From Bugula neritina (lineage: Eukaryota > Animalia > Bryozoa), in NCBI GenBank assembly GCA_964035545.1, contig CAXIUT010000205.1, forward strand, positions 1,007 to 65,006: a stretch of DNA of 64,000 nt. The letters run 5' to 3'. The position numbers were made by a program, and so were the translations under genes. Positions 13,230 through 23,578 of this stretch are shown in pieces. The notes under the pieces were generated by a model. The model worked only from the letters and a program-made list of their open reading frames with translations, ran no database searches and was not told the origin of the DNA. How positions within the stretch are numbered: position 1 is the first letter of the stretch; every line of letters starts with the position of its first letter.

Positions 13230-15188
13230 GGTTTCGCTGATTCCGGAAAAACTTGTTTTCCTATTACTGATCTAATAAAGGAAATTAATATGTATATAAG
13301 GCTCAAATTTGTCTTACAAGTATTATATGTATTAACGGAGGTTGCTACTATAATTTACATGAACGGTCACATAATGAACTTGTCTCTTATGTGTTTAGGT
13401 ATGACCCCCTTGAGCGTGTGTTTTTACTTTCATATACACCTTTTTATGATAAGAACTAATTTTTGTTATAAATCGAAATATAAAGTGACAGTACATAAAG
13501 TACTCATAGACTATGTAGTTAGTTTAAATCGATCAGTAGTGCTTTTTATATATAAATATATAGGGGTGAACTACGATAGTAGCAGACTCAATACAAAGGT
13601 GAGTTTTTTTGCAGGGCAGCTTTATAAAAATATAAATAAAGAAATACAATGAATTGATTTCTTTCTCTTGAGAAAACTTATTTATTTTTTTATATTGAGA
13701 ATATATGCGATGGACTGAGACGTATTAACAATATTGTCGAATAAGATTTTTTTAATTTTTTTAAAGATTAATTCTTATTTCCTTAGTGTATATAGCGGGT
13801 ATAATATAGCTTCAATAGTTTGTTTCAGAAGACGTGATTTTTTCATTGATGAAAAGTTTAACAATGATAAGTTATCATCTATTATAAACACTCACATATC
13901 TAATAATACATGACCTATGAAAGATAGTTTCGTCAGTTCTAGAATTAGATTATTTATTATTGCTTTGAAGAGTCATATAGCGGTATTAACAAGGCAAGAT
14001 TTGGTTAAAGAGAGAATATCTTTAAGTAATTACTATTCCTTTCATTTATATAATAGATTGTACTCTATACAATCTATTAAAAAGACTAGCCACATTAACG
14101 ATGAAGAGTGCTTAAATTTGTTAAATAAAACAAGATATATTCATTTTATAAAATACAATGTACAACTAGGTATTGTTAATATTATAGATCTAGTTTTGCA
14201 GAAGATGCTTCTTAACATCATAGAACCTTTTTACGAAGCATCTTTTAAAAAAATAGCAAACCACGCGTTTTTCTGTGTTAGCTCTGCTGTACAGAAAGTG
14301 TTTGAGTTATTAGGAGAGACGAACAAGGTTTTTATACATTTAGATCTACGTGATAGCTTTAATAGTATTTCTAGAAAGCGTTTATTAGGTATATGAGTAC
14401 CTACACCTTTTAAAAAAGCAGTGATATATTGGTTTCACTCATCTCTAAATGTGCCTTCTCATTATAAAAAAAGTAATCTAGGTCCACTTTTTTGTAGTAT
14501 ACTGTTACAAAAAATATCCAAAAGTGTTTATAAAGAATCTCCTTATTTTCACTCAATAGGTGTGAAAAGCCCTTATACACATTGCATTTATTGTGCAGAG
14601 TCTTTAACACTGATATTTAATGTAGGGTGTAAATATGTGGTATTAAAAAAAACTTACGAGTATCTCGATCGGCTTTTTTTAAAAAAAACTACTATATCTC
14701 TTATCAGAGATAGGACAACTGTCTTTTCTAATTGGAGTAAAAGCCTAAAAATAAATTATTTAGGCTTTACTTTTAATTATAACCCGTCTTTACTTTTTGT
14801 GAATAAATCTCTATCTTTTTATCAGAGAGAGGGTACTTGCTATAAATTGAGAATATCTGTTTTAATGTCTTGTTTGAACACCCATAAATCTAAAATAAAA
14901 AAACTAATTAGAAAAAACTATCATAGTCGTGTAACGAAATTGATACGTTTGTTAAACACTATAATAAGTAGGTTTTTAACTTATTATAAGTTTTTCCCTC
15001 AATTAAGGAATGTTTTTTCATATTTAGATACCTTTGTGCATTCTAGAGTACTTATATTTTTAAAAAAAAAATATAAAAACACCCCTATTAATAAAGTGAT
15101 AAAAAAACATTTTATTATCAAGTCTTGAACTTTTACAGATGGTTTTGGGGTCAAAGCAATTCGCTTAATAAAACATAGTAAGTCTTAA
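13230..15188 (+). CDS. intron-encoded maturase with degenerate reverse transcriptase (652 codons, in frame with cox1 exon 1)
   Basis: RT-like blocks [56 protein letters not shown]. Domain-X-like [13 protein letters not shown]...FSYLD..V. The expected YADD position reads YCAES. Confidence 0.88.
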
Positions 15189-15289
15189 AAAACCTTTTTA
15201 TATCTTTTTTTTGTTTTAATATACTTTTTTTTAATGGTTTTTTCTCTAAATATTCAGATATTAAGAAGAATTAAATAAAACCTGACTTA

Positions 15290-15370
15290 TTCCTCTGTCT
15301 TTCTCGCAGGAATTTCTCTGTCTTTATCGCAGGGAATAGAACATGACGTTTTCCTCTGTTCTTCTCGCAG
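15290..15370 (+). repeat. three imperfect ~21-nt direct repeats upstream of atp9
   Basis: ttcctctgtctttctcgcagg (15290), tttctctgtctttatcgcagg (15313), ttcctctgttcttctcgcag (15351). Confidence 0.8.
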
Positions 15371-15442
15371 AAGCGAGTTTTTTTTCTTTTTAGAAAGAAG
15401 AAAACTTTTTTAAAAAACGACTTTTTTTTATTAAAATAACTT

Positions 15443-15661
15443 ATGGTTGCAGAATTCAAATTTTTAGGTGCAGGTATAGCAACAGTAGCTCTTTCGGGTG
15501 TAGGTAACGGTATAGGTTACATTTTCAATGGATTATTAAATGCTGTAGCAGTTAATCCAAGTCTTACTAAAGTATTGTTTAATTACGCAATTATCGGTTT
15601 TGCTTTAACTGAAGCAATTGCGTTATTTACTTTAATGATTGTTTTTTTAATTTTGTTTTAG
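15443..15661 (+). CDS. atp9: ATP synthase subunit c, nested inside the cox1 intron
   Basis: [22 protein letters not shown]...NP...[25 protein letters not shown]; 72 aa, catalytic Glu intact. Confidence 0.97.
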   Translation: MVAEFKFLGAGIATVALSGVGNGIGYIFNGLLNAVAVNPSLTKVLFNYAIIGFALTEAIALFTLMIVFLILF

Positions 15662-15929
15662 TATTGTATGGTTCTTAGTATTTAGTAATATTAAGTTATC
15701 AGATAATCCAAGATGCACTGTGAAATTCTTTCCTTCTTTGTATTATTATTTATAAATAATAGCAAGTGATAGTAAAGTGCAATTAGAACAAGTATTGTAT
15801 ATTCCAAAATATCAAGTAATACTTAGAGATATTCTTATGTAAATAATTTTCTGAAATAATATAAATATGATGTAAATATTATTTCATGCAATTTTTTATA
15901 CTTTAATTAAATGTAAAAGTACACGTAGA

Positions 15930-15963
15930 GAGCGTAGTACTAGGCGACTGGTTTGCTGTGTTC
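15930..15963 (+). ncRNA. group II intron domain V
   Basis: GAGCGTAGT-ACTAG-GCGA-CTGGT-TT-GCTGTGTTC: AGC triad, 9-bp plus 5-bp stems, 2-nt bulge, GNRA loop. Confidence 0.9.
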
Positions 15964-16010
15964 GGAGGGAGTTTAGTAAACAGATATGTTTTTGTAAGAA
16001 CTATCCCAAT

Positions 16011-17078
16011 TATGTTGTTGCTCATTTTCACTATGTATTATCAATGGGTGCTGTGTTTGCTATCTTTTCTGGTTTTTATTATTGATTTGGTAAAGTAACA
16101 GGATATCAATATTCTGAAACTTTAGGTAAATTACATTTTTGACTTACTTTTATAGGTGCTAACATAACCTTTTTTCCAATGCACGTCTTAGGGCTTTCAG
16201 GAATGCCTAGAAGAATACCCGATTATCCAGATATGTATGCAGATTTAAATATACTTTGTTCGATAGGTTCTTTGATAGCTAGTTTAGGGTTGTTGTTATG
16301 GTTCTATGTAATAATAGATGCGTTTTTTAATCAAATAAAATGTGCTAGTAATCCTTGACAGATCTATCCTTCTTATGAGGAATTTTTAATTAGAGTGTGA
16401 AAAGTGTCTAAATACTTAGATAGCTCTTTCGACTTAAATAGTACTTCTAATTACATTTCAGATAAAAATACACTAATATCTTCTTTAAAAAGTAAAAAAG
16501 TTGATCTTCAAACGTTATCTCATTTGATTTTAAAAGATAATCTATTTGATATTAGTAATGGTGTATTACATATATGAATGAGATTACATAATAGGTATAA
16601 ATATACTTTAGAATTTAATTCTAAAAGTTACAAAGTAGATACGTTAGAGTGAACACTCACATCACCTCCAGCATATCATACTTTCACTAAACCTATAAAA
16701 ATAATTATAACTGCAGAGAAGTACAATACATTTAAATTTAAAAATAATAAAAAAGCTTATATTGATTACACTTCTTCTATAGAAGGTAACTATTTTAATA
16801 GTTTTATATTTTCAGGTAATATTTTAAGTACTATTTATATGTCTTATAATAATAAAAATATAGATACCAATATAACTAAAGATTATGTTGTAAAAAAGAA
16901 AAATGTCTGCAATACATCTAAATCTAATTTATACGTTTCTTCGTATATGTACAAGTTGGACCATAGATTATTCTCTAATTTCTTAAGGAACAGAGCTATA
17001 AATTTAAGTTTTTTAAAAGATAATGAAAGATTATCTGATTTGTTCTTTAAAAAAGTATTAATTGATAGTTTAAAATAA
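16011..17078 (+). CDS. cox1: cytochrome c oxidase subunit 1, exon 2, with long C-terminal insertion and extension
   Basis: [38 protein letters not shown](W)[11 protein letters not shown]; frame open to TAA 17078. Confidence 0.95.
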
Positions 17079-17130
17079 GTCTCTTAGCAGAAAAATTCCT
17101 TTTTTTCTTTTGTTTATAAAGTTTGTTATT

Positions 17131-17191
17131 TCCGGTCTTTTGGTAAAAGTTATCATCTCAGATAGAGTGAGTTCGAATCTCATTGCCGGTC
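17131..17191 (+). pseudogene. degenerate tRNA-like element resembling the 3' half of tRNA-Met
   Basis: T-arm gtgag-ttcgaat-ctcat followed by tgccggt, partly pairing with 5' tccggt; shrunken D-arm and a 6-nt anticodon-like loop. Confidence 0.5.
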
Positions 17192-17201
17192 ATTTTGTTC
17201 T

Positions 17202-17229
17202 TTTAACTGTACTTGTTAGTACAGTTAAA
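17202..17229. terminator. 12-bp perfect hairpin between the convergent cox1 and nad7 3' ends
   Basis: tttaactgtact-tgtt-agtacagttaaa. Confidence 0.6.
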
Positions 17230-17283
17230 CTTAACTTCTTTTAAACTTAAAATGTGTAAAACTTAATGTTTTTTCTAGAGATT

Positions 17284-18459
17284 TTATCTATCTACCTCAC
17301 CAAAAACAATGTCTTGGGTGCCTATAATAGTTACTAAATCTGAAATCATATGACCGTTTGACATATGATTTAATGCCTGTAAATGCATAAAACCAGGTGT
17401 TCTTATTTTACATCTATAAGGTCTATTTGACCCATCAGAAATCATATATATACCAGTTTCCCCTTTTGGTGCTTCCACACATCTATAAATATGTCCTTTC
17501 TTTACATATAACCCCTCACTGTATATTTTAAAGTGATGTATAAGCGCTTCCATAGACTGTTGCATCTTCTTTCTTGTTGGATTGGTAATTTTATTATCAT
17601 CTACTTTTATTAAACCTGCAGGTAGGTTTTGAAGACACTGCATAATGATATTGATACTTTGCCTCATTTCGAGTATACGTATTAGATATCTATCATAGCA
17701 ATCACCATTTTTACCTAATGGTACCACAAAGTTTAAATGCTTATACATTTCATAACCATACTTTTTTCTAATATCTCAATCTAAACCGGAACCTCTACAT
17801 AAAACGCCTGTGAGTCCTAGATCGATAGACTCTCTATAATTTATTTTTGCTACATCAACCAATCGTTGTTTTCAAATTCTATTATTTGTTAAAAGTTCTT
17901 CTACCTCATTAATTCTAGAGTTAAACTGATTTACAAATAAATAAATCTCTTGTAACATACCAAAAGGTATATCAAAGTTAACACCACCAGGTCTAATATA
18001 TGCAGCATGCATTCGAGACCCAGAAACTCTTTCATAAAATTCCATAATCTTCTCTCTTTCCTCAAAAGACCATAGTAATGGCGTTAATGCACCTACATCT
18101 ATTGCGTGTGTCGTGATCGATAGTAAGTGGTTTAAAATTCTAGTTAATTCTAAAAAAATAACTCTTATATATTTCGCTCTATAAGGTATATTTATTTGTA
18201 TTAAGTTTTCCACAGTATATGAATATAGATGTTCTTGTGCCATCATAGACACGTAATCTAATCTATCAAAATATGGTAAAGCTTGTAAATAAGTTTTATA
18301 TTCAATTAGTTTCTCAGTACCTCTATGTAGTAATCCTATATGTGGATCTGCTTTAATTATTATTTCACCATCTAATTCTAATATTAATCTTAAAACCCCA
18401 TGCGCTGAGGGGTGTTGTGGTCCAAAATTTAAAATAAAATGTTTTATTTTTTTAAACAC
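17284..18459 (-). CDS. nad7: NADH dehydrogenase subunit 7 (GTG start; only minus-strand gene)
   Basis: [48 protein letters not shown]; the two track ORFs join through TGA. Confidence 0.98.
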
Positions 18460-18671
18460 TTTTTGTAATGTATAACTTTTTTTTATCTTTCTTAAAAACT
18501 ACAATAGTTTGTATTTGCTTTTTTATTTTTTTCTTTATTTACTTACTTTATTATAATTCTATTTATTGTAATGTAACTCTTCTTTATTTATATAATAAAA
18601 TATATTAAAATTATGGTATACAATCTGAAAATTATACATTATAATTTAATTTTTTTAACTTTTCTGAACAA

Positions 18672-19139
18672 ATGTCTTTAAAAAAAAAGCCAATTGATTT
18701 TGTATTACAACTATATTTATACTCTGATGTAAAAATGTTTGACTCTAAAATAAAAACAGCTCTAAGTAAAAAACGTATTTCTCATCATGATTTGATGGAC
18801 ATATTTAGATATAAGATCAAATATTTAAATATCAATACAGTTTTAAAATTGAATGTCTTTGTTTATTGCTTTACAGATGGTACTTTTATTGTTTATATAA
18901 AGTTACCTTCTCTTTATAATTTATTGAGCCGCTCTATAAATTTAAAGCAAAATTTTAAAATACCTGGAAAGATGTTAACTTATAACAATAACTTTTATAT
19001 CTTAACACCTTATATAGTTTATGAAATAGCAAAATTTAAATATCAATATGAAAGTTTTACAAATGTACCTTTTATTGATTACTATAAAAGATGTGTAAAT
19101 GGCTTTAAAAGTAATGGTCTTCTTTTGTATTTATGTTAG
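18672..19139 (+). CDS. rpl11: ribosomal protein L11 (divergent)
   Basis: LNVFVYCFTDGTF.VYIKLPS..LL and LT...VYEIAKFK resemble the uL11 C-domain. Confidence 0.75.
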   Translation: MSLKKKPIDFVLQLYLYSDVKMFDSKIKTALSKKRISHHDLMDIFRYKIKYLNINTVLKLNVFVYCFTDGTFIVYIKLPSLYNLLSRSINLKQNFKIPGKMLTYNNNFYILTPYIVYEIAKFKYQYESFTNVPFIDYYKRCVNGFKSNGLLLYLC

Positions 19140-19684
19140 ACCTTTCAATACCTTATGATCAAACTAATATATATAAAAAATCGTTTAATCAAATAAACAT
19201 AGCTTATTTTTTTTTTAATAAAAAAGTACATTTTATACATAGTGACACTTATAAAAAACATAAGTACTATCAATGTTGAACAAATAACTTAAAATGCTTT
19301 TTTGGTTATAATAAAAAGTTATTATTTTTTTTACTACCTATATTTGGGTATAATAAAAACATACTTTTTACAAATGTAGATGAATATTATTTCACATGTT
19401 TTAAGTATTTGTTAAGATATTATGGATATTATTTTACTTTAAGTTGGTATTTACTTTATTTAAAGCAAAGACATTTCATACTACCTTTATTGTCTAAAGG
19501 TATACGTTTTTACAAAAAATATCCTTGCCGGGGGCAACGTACACATACAAATTATAAAACAACAAGGAAAGTAAATAAAAACATAACATTAAAACTCTTT
19601 AAAAAAAAATTAAATAAAAGATTTATTACTAAATTTTTCCCTAGTTATAATGAAATGAACTTGTTTTATTATCATAGATTTTAA
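19133..19684 (+). CDS. rps13: ribosomal protein S13
   Basis: GIRFYKKYPCRGQRTHTNYKT; in frame from ATG 19133 through one TGA. Confidence 0.9.
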
Positions 19685-19692
19685 TTATTTTT

Positions 19693-20580
19693 ATGTTTTT
19701 GCAATCGAATAATAATCATGATAGAGATATATACAAAAAATTTATTCTTTTTTATAATATAATTAACACTTTATTTTTTAATAAAGACATTTGAGTATAC
19801 TTCTTGTTACCTAACTTTTTATACTTTTTAAAAAAAAAAATCAAATCGTTAAATTGAACTTGTAATATACAAAATGTGTTACACACATTTGTTACAAAAA
19901 ACGTCTTTTTAAAAAAAGACGTTTTTATATATAACTTTTTAAAAAAAATTATTACACTCTTTAAGACTTATTTATGAAGTATACACTTAAAGTGTTTTAA
20001 TAATTTTTTTTATTTAAAGACGTCTGCCTTTTTTAATTTTAAATCAAAGTATAAGTGTTTTGATTTATCAAATAATTATTTTTATTATATGAGAAAACAA
20101 AGTATCTTATATAGTAAATTTAAATTTTTTTTTGATAATAGTATTACACCATTTATGAACTTCAACAAATTGTCGAATTGTCTTTTTTTAAAAAAAAAAA
20201 TAGCATTACATAATATACTACATAATCTATTGAATGATACTTATTTTTTATATTCTGATATAAATACTTTTTTCAACAATAAAACACTTGCTATAAATAG
20301 ACCGATTCGTTATTTTAAAATATTTAATTCTATAATCTTTTCTAATAGAAATGTGTTTTTTAAAAATATAATCAGTTATAATTTGAAAGACTTTTTTTAT
20401 ATAAAAGACAATTGTCTTTTTAAAAAAAAAAGCTCTTTTAATAAAAACAAATTTAATCTACTTTTACTAAATAAAAAAATTTTTTTTTTATTAAAAACAA
20501 TATTTTTTTATCTAATAAGAAGTGATCTTTTCTTTCTAACTATTATTATAAATTGTTTATTAACTACAAAACGTCTTTAA
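19693..20580 (+). CDS. orf295, K/F/N-rich; may be the frameshifted 5' part of rps11
   Basis: ATG 19693 to TAA 20580 with TGA=Trp; overlaps the open frame of the next ORF. Confidence 0.55.
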
Positions 20581-22520
20581 CAGTTTTTTATAAATTATAT
20601 AATAGAAAGAAAAAACACAGTCTTTTATTTAAAAATTTTTTTTTACATAAAAAATTGAACTATTACAGTATGTTAAGTGCTAAAACAGACAACAAACATA
20701 ATCTAAATACATTCTTTAGTACGGGCAATAGAAACAACATTTCATTTAAAACACATTTATCTTATAGGTCTAAGGTTTTAAAACTTAAGAAACCTTTTTT
20801 TAAGAAGTATGTGTATTTACAAAAAAAAAATAAAATGTTTTATTTTTTTAAAAAAATAAAACACTATAAATACATTAACTTTATTTGTTTTTATATGTAT
20901 TATTATTCTATTAATTCTAGATATTCTATTTTCTTATTAAAAAAGAGTATCTCTAGATGCATTACCTTTTTTAAAATATTCACCCTTTATTTGTTTAATA
21001 AGAAGTTGTTTGTAAAAGAAAGCACTTCTTTTATAAACAAATATAAAAAAACGTTTGTTTTTAAAAAAAATTTATTATATAGTAATAGTATTAAGTTTAA
21101 TAGGAAACATAATAAAAACACATGTTCTTTTCTACTTAATAGTCTAGATTCTAAATACCTATCTAAATATCGTAATAAGAAACATAAAAATACATTGTAC
21201 AGTAATAATTTTTTTCTAAATCAATTTAAACCTTTGTTTTCTTATTTCTCAAAAAACAAAACGTTTTTAAAAAATAAATTATCGATTTTTTTACTTTTAG
21301 ATAATAAGGATAAGTACAGTAATAGAACATATGATAGAGTTAGTAATAGGCGTTTTAACACTATGTTAAAACGAAAATGATTTAAAAGTGTAAGACCTCA
21401 TAAAAGAATAGACTTGAGTCCTTATAAAAGAAGAGCTTATAAAAGAATAAATAGAGTAGCTTGTAATAAAGAATTATTCAGTACTTTTTCAAATAAAAAT
21501 ATTAAACAATTGAAAAGCTATTTTAACTCATATATAAAAAGATCTTTTTTTAAAAGCTCAATGATTTTAAAAAAAAATCTTTTTTTTAATAAACACTGAA
21601 TTAGTTCTAAAAAACTTTATAATACAAAGTTGATCTCTTTGTATAAAAATGTTTTTTATTTTAGACCTCATTACAGTTCTCTGTTTTCTAAGGTGGGTAC
21701 TCTTTTTAAAGGATTAAAACTAGTATTTGACAAACATGACTTTTATCCAGTTGAGAAATTGAAAATGTTTTTAAAAATGTATAAGATGTACAATGTTTAT
21801 AATATTAGGTACTATATAAAGAAATTACATTTATATTTATTTTTTAAATATTTTAAACACAACATAAGCCACCATTTCTTTTCAATTTTTTTTACTAAAA
21901 TAAATAGTTATCTAAAAGAGCGTGTTAAGGTTAAAAATATAGTATCTTATCGTTATAATTTTGTCCATAGAGGTACCATCGTGTTTAAAAATGTATTAAA
22001 GAATGTTTTTTTGACTTTAATAGATTCTAAAGGCAATACTTTATACACTATGTCTTCAGGTAGTTTGTCTTTTAAAAATCATGCACGGTATAAAAACAGT
22101 CATTATATAACGATTGAACATTTAACTAAGAAATTTTTTAAAAATATTAGACTTATCATCAAAGCTCTTAAAATTAGATATTTAAATATTTTTATAAAAG
22201 GTTCATTATTTAATAATAATTCTTTTTTTAATAGTATAAAACAAATACTTCGTTATCATTATAGTTTTTATAAAAAATACAGTCTCTTATTTAAAAAATA
22301 TTATATTTTTTTTAAATCTTATTTTAAATTTTTTAAAAGAAATTTAATGATAAATAGAGAGACTGTGTGTATAAACATTAATAATTATTTATACAATATA
22401 TATAAATTATTAGTAGTTATGAAATTTCTTACAAAGTATATTAAATCAAAAAGATTAAAGATACTATTTATAAAATATAAATTAAAAAGAAAAAATATTT
22501 TTCAAAATGAAAAAATATAA
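20553..22520 (+). CDS. rps11: expanded ribosomal protein S11 (about 655 aa; start uncertain)
   Basis: RGTIVFKNVLKNVFLTLIDSKGNTLYTMSSGSLSFKNHAR matches the uS11 core; three track ORFs join through TGA; position after rps13 fits. Confidence 0.78.
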
Positions 22521-23328
22521 GAGTATTACAAATTCAATGAGACATGTTTTATTATTGAATCAAAAAGATTTATCAAATAAAAAAAAAATTCTTAGCTTAT
22601 CAAAAATAAAAAAGAAACACTCCGGTCGTAATAACACAGGTAAAATAATGATTCGTTCTAAGTCTTCTAAAAATACACATAAGAACTTTTATAGAATAAT
22701 AGACTATAAAAGGTTAATGAACTCTAATATACCAGGTAAAATCTGTAGATTTGAATATGATCCAAATAGGTCTTCTTTCATTACATTAGTTAGGTATTGG
22801 AATAATATATATTGTTATATAATAGGTATTTCTAATTTATCTTTAAATAATGTTATATATTCTTATAACTATAATATTTTAAATACGAAAACTTATAATT
22901 TAGGTGACAGTAATAGTCTTATCTACTTACCTAAAGGTTCCATTATAAATAATATAGAATATATACCTAACCATGGTAGTGTTTATGCACGTTCTGCAGG
23001 CACTTATGGTATATTACTTAAAAAATATATAAATATAAATAAAGCCTTAATAGAATTACCTTCCAAAGTGCAACTCTATATCTCTATTTATAATAAAGCT
23101 ACTTTAGGTGTTATATGTAATAGTTTATATAGTAAGATATCTTTAGGTAAAGCAGGTAGAAATAGGTGATTAGGTCGTAAATCTATTGTTAGAGGTGTTG
23201 CTAAAAATGCTATAGATCATCCCCATGGTGGTGGTGAGGGTAAAAAAAATAATCCTGCATTACAAAAAAATCCTTGAGGAAAAGCTTTGAAATGAAATTT
23301 AAGAAATAAAAAAAATGTTTTATATTAA
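22507..23328 (+). CDS. rpl2: ribosomal protein L2
   Basis: [35 protein letters not shown](W)LG...VRGVA...DHPHGGGEG. Confidence 0.97.
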
Positions 23329-23578
23329 TAAAAATCTAATAAAACTATACCATAAAAAACAATTAAATAACGTTTATACTAAAGATAAATCTGTTGTTAT
23401 TACAAAAGATGCCATTAATAAGACATTTTTTGTATATAATGGTAAAACGTTATTAGAAAAAGAGATGAATAATTTTTATTTGATAGGTAAAAAGTTAGGT
23501 AGCTTAAAAAATATAAATACTAAAAAAATGAGTGTATATAGATCAAAAAAGAAAAAAAAAAGTTCAAAAAAAAAATAG
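23315..23578 (+). CDS. rps19: ribosomal protein S19
   Basis: FFVYNGK...IGKKLG motif; lies between rpl2 and rps3. Confidence 0.85.
   Translation: MFYINKNLIKLYHKKQLNNVYTKDKSVVITKDAINKTFFVYNGKTLLEKEMNNFYLIGKKLGSLKNINTKKMSVYRSKKKKKSSKKK

Larger units (their letters stand above)
13230..16010 (+). mobile_element. group II intron in cox1 (2781 nt), containing a maturase ORF and atp9
   Basis: Interrupts HDTY|YVVAHFHY exactly. Canonical domain V at 15930-15963, a DVI-like stem GGGAGTT/AACtaTCCC with a bulged A, and a 3' end CCCAAT. Confidence 0.92.
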
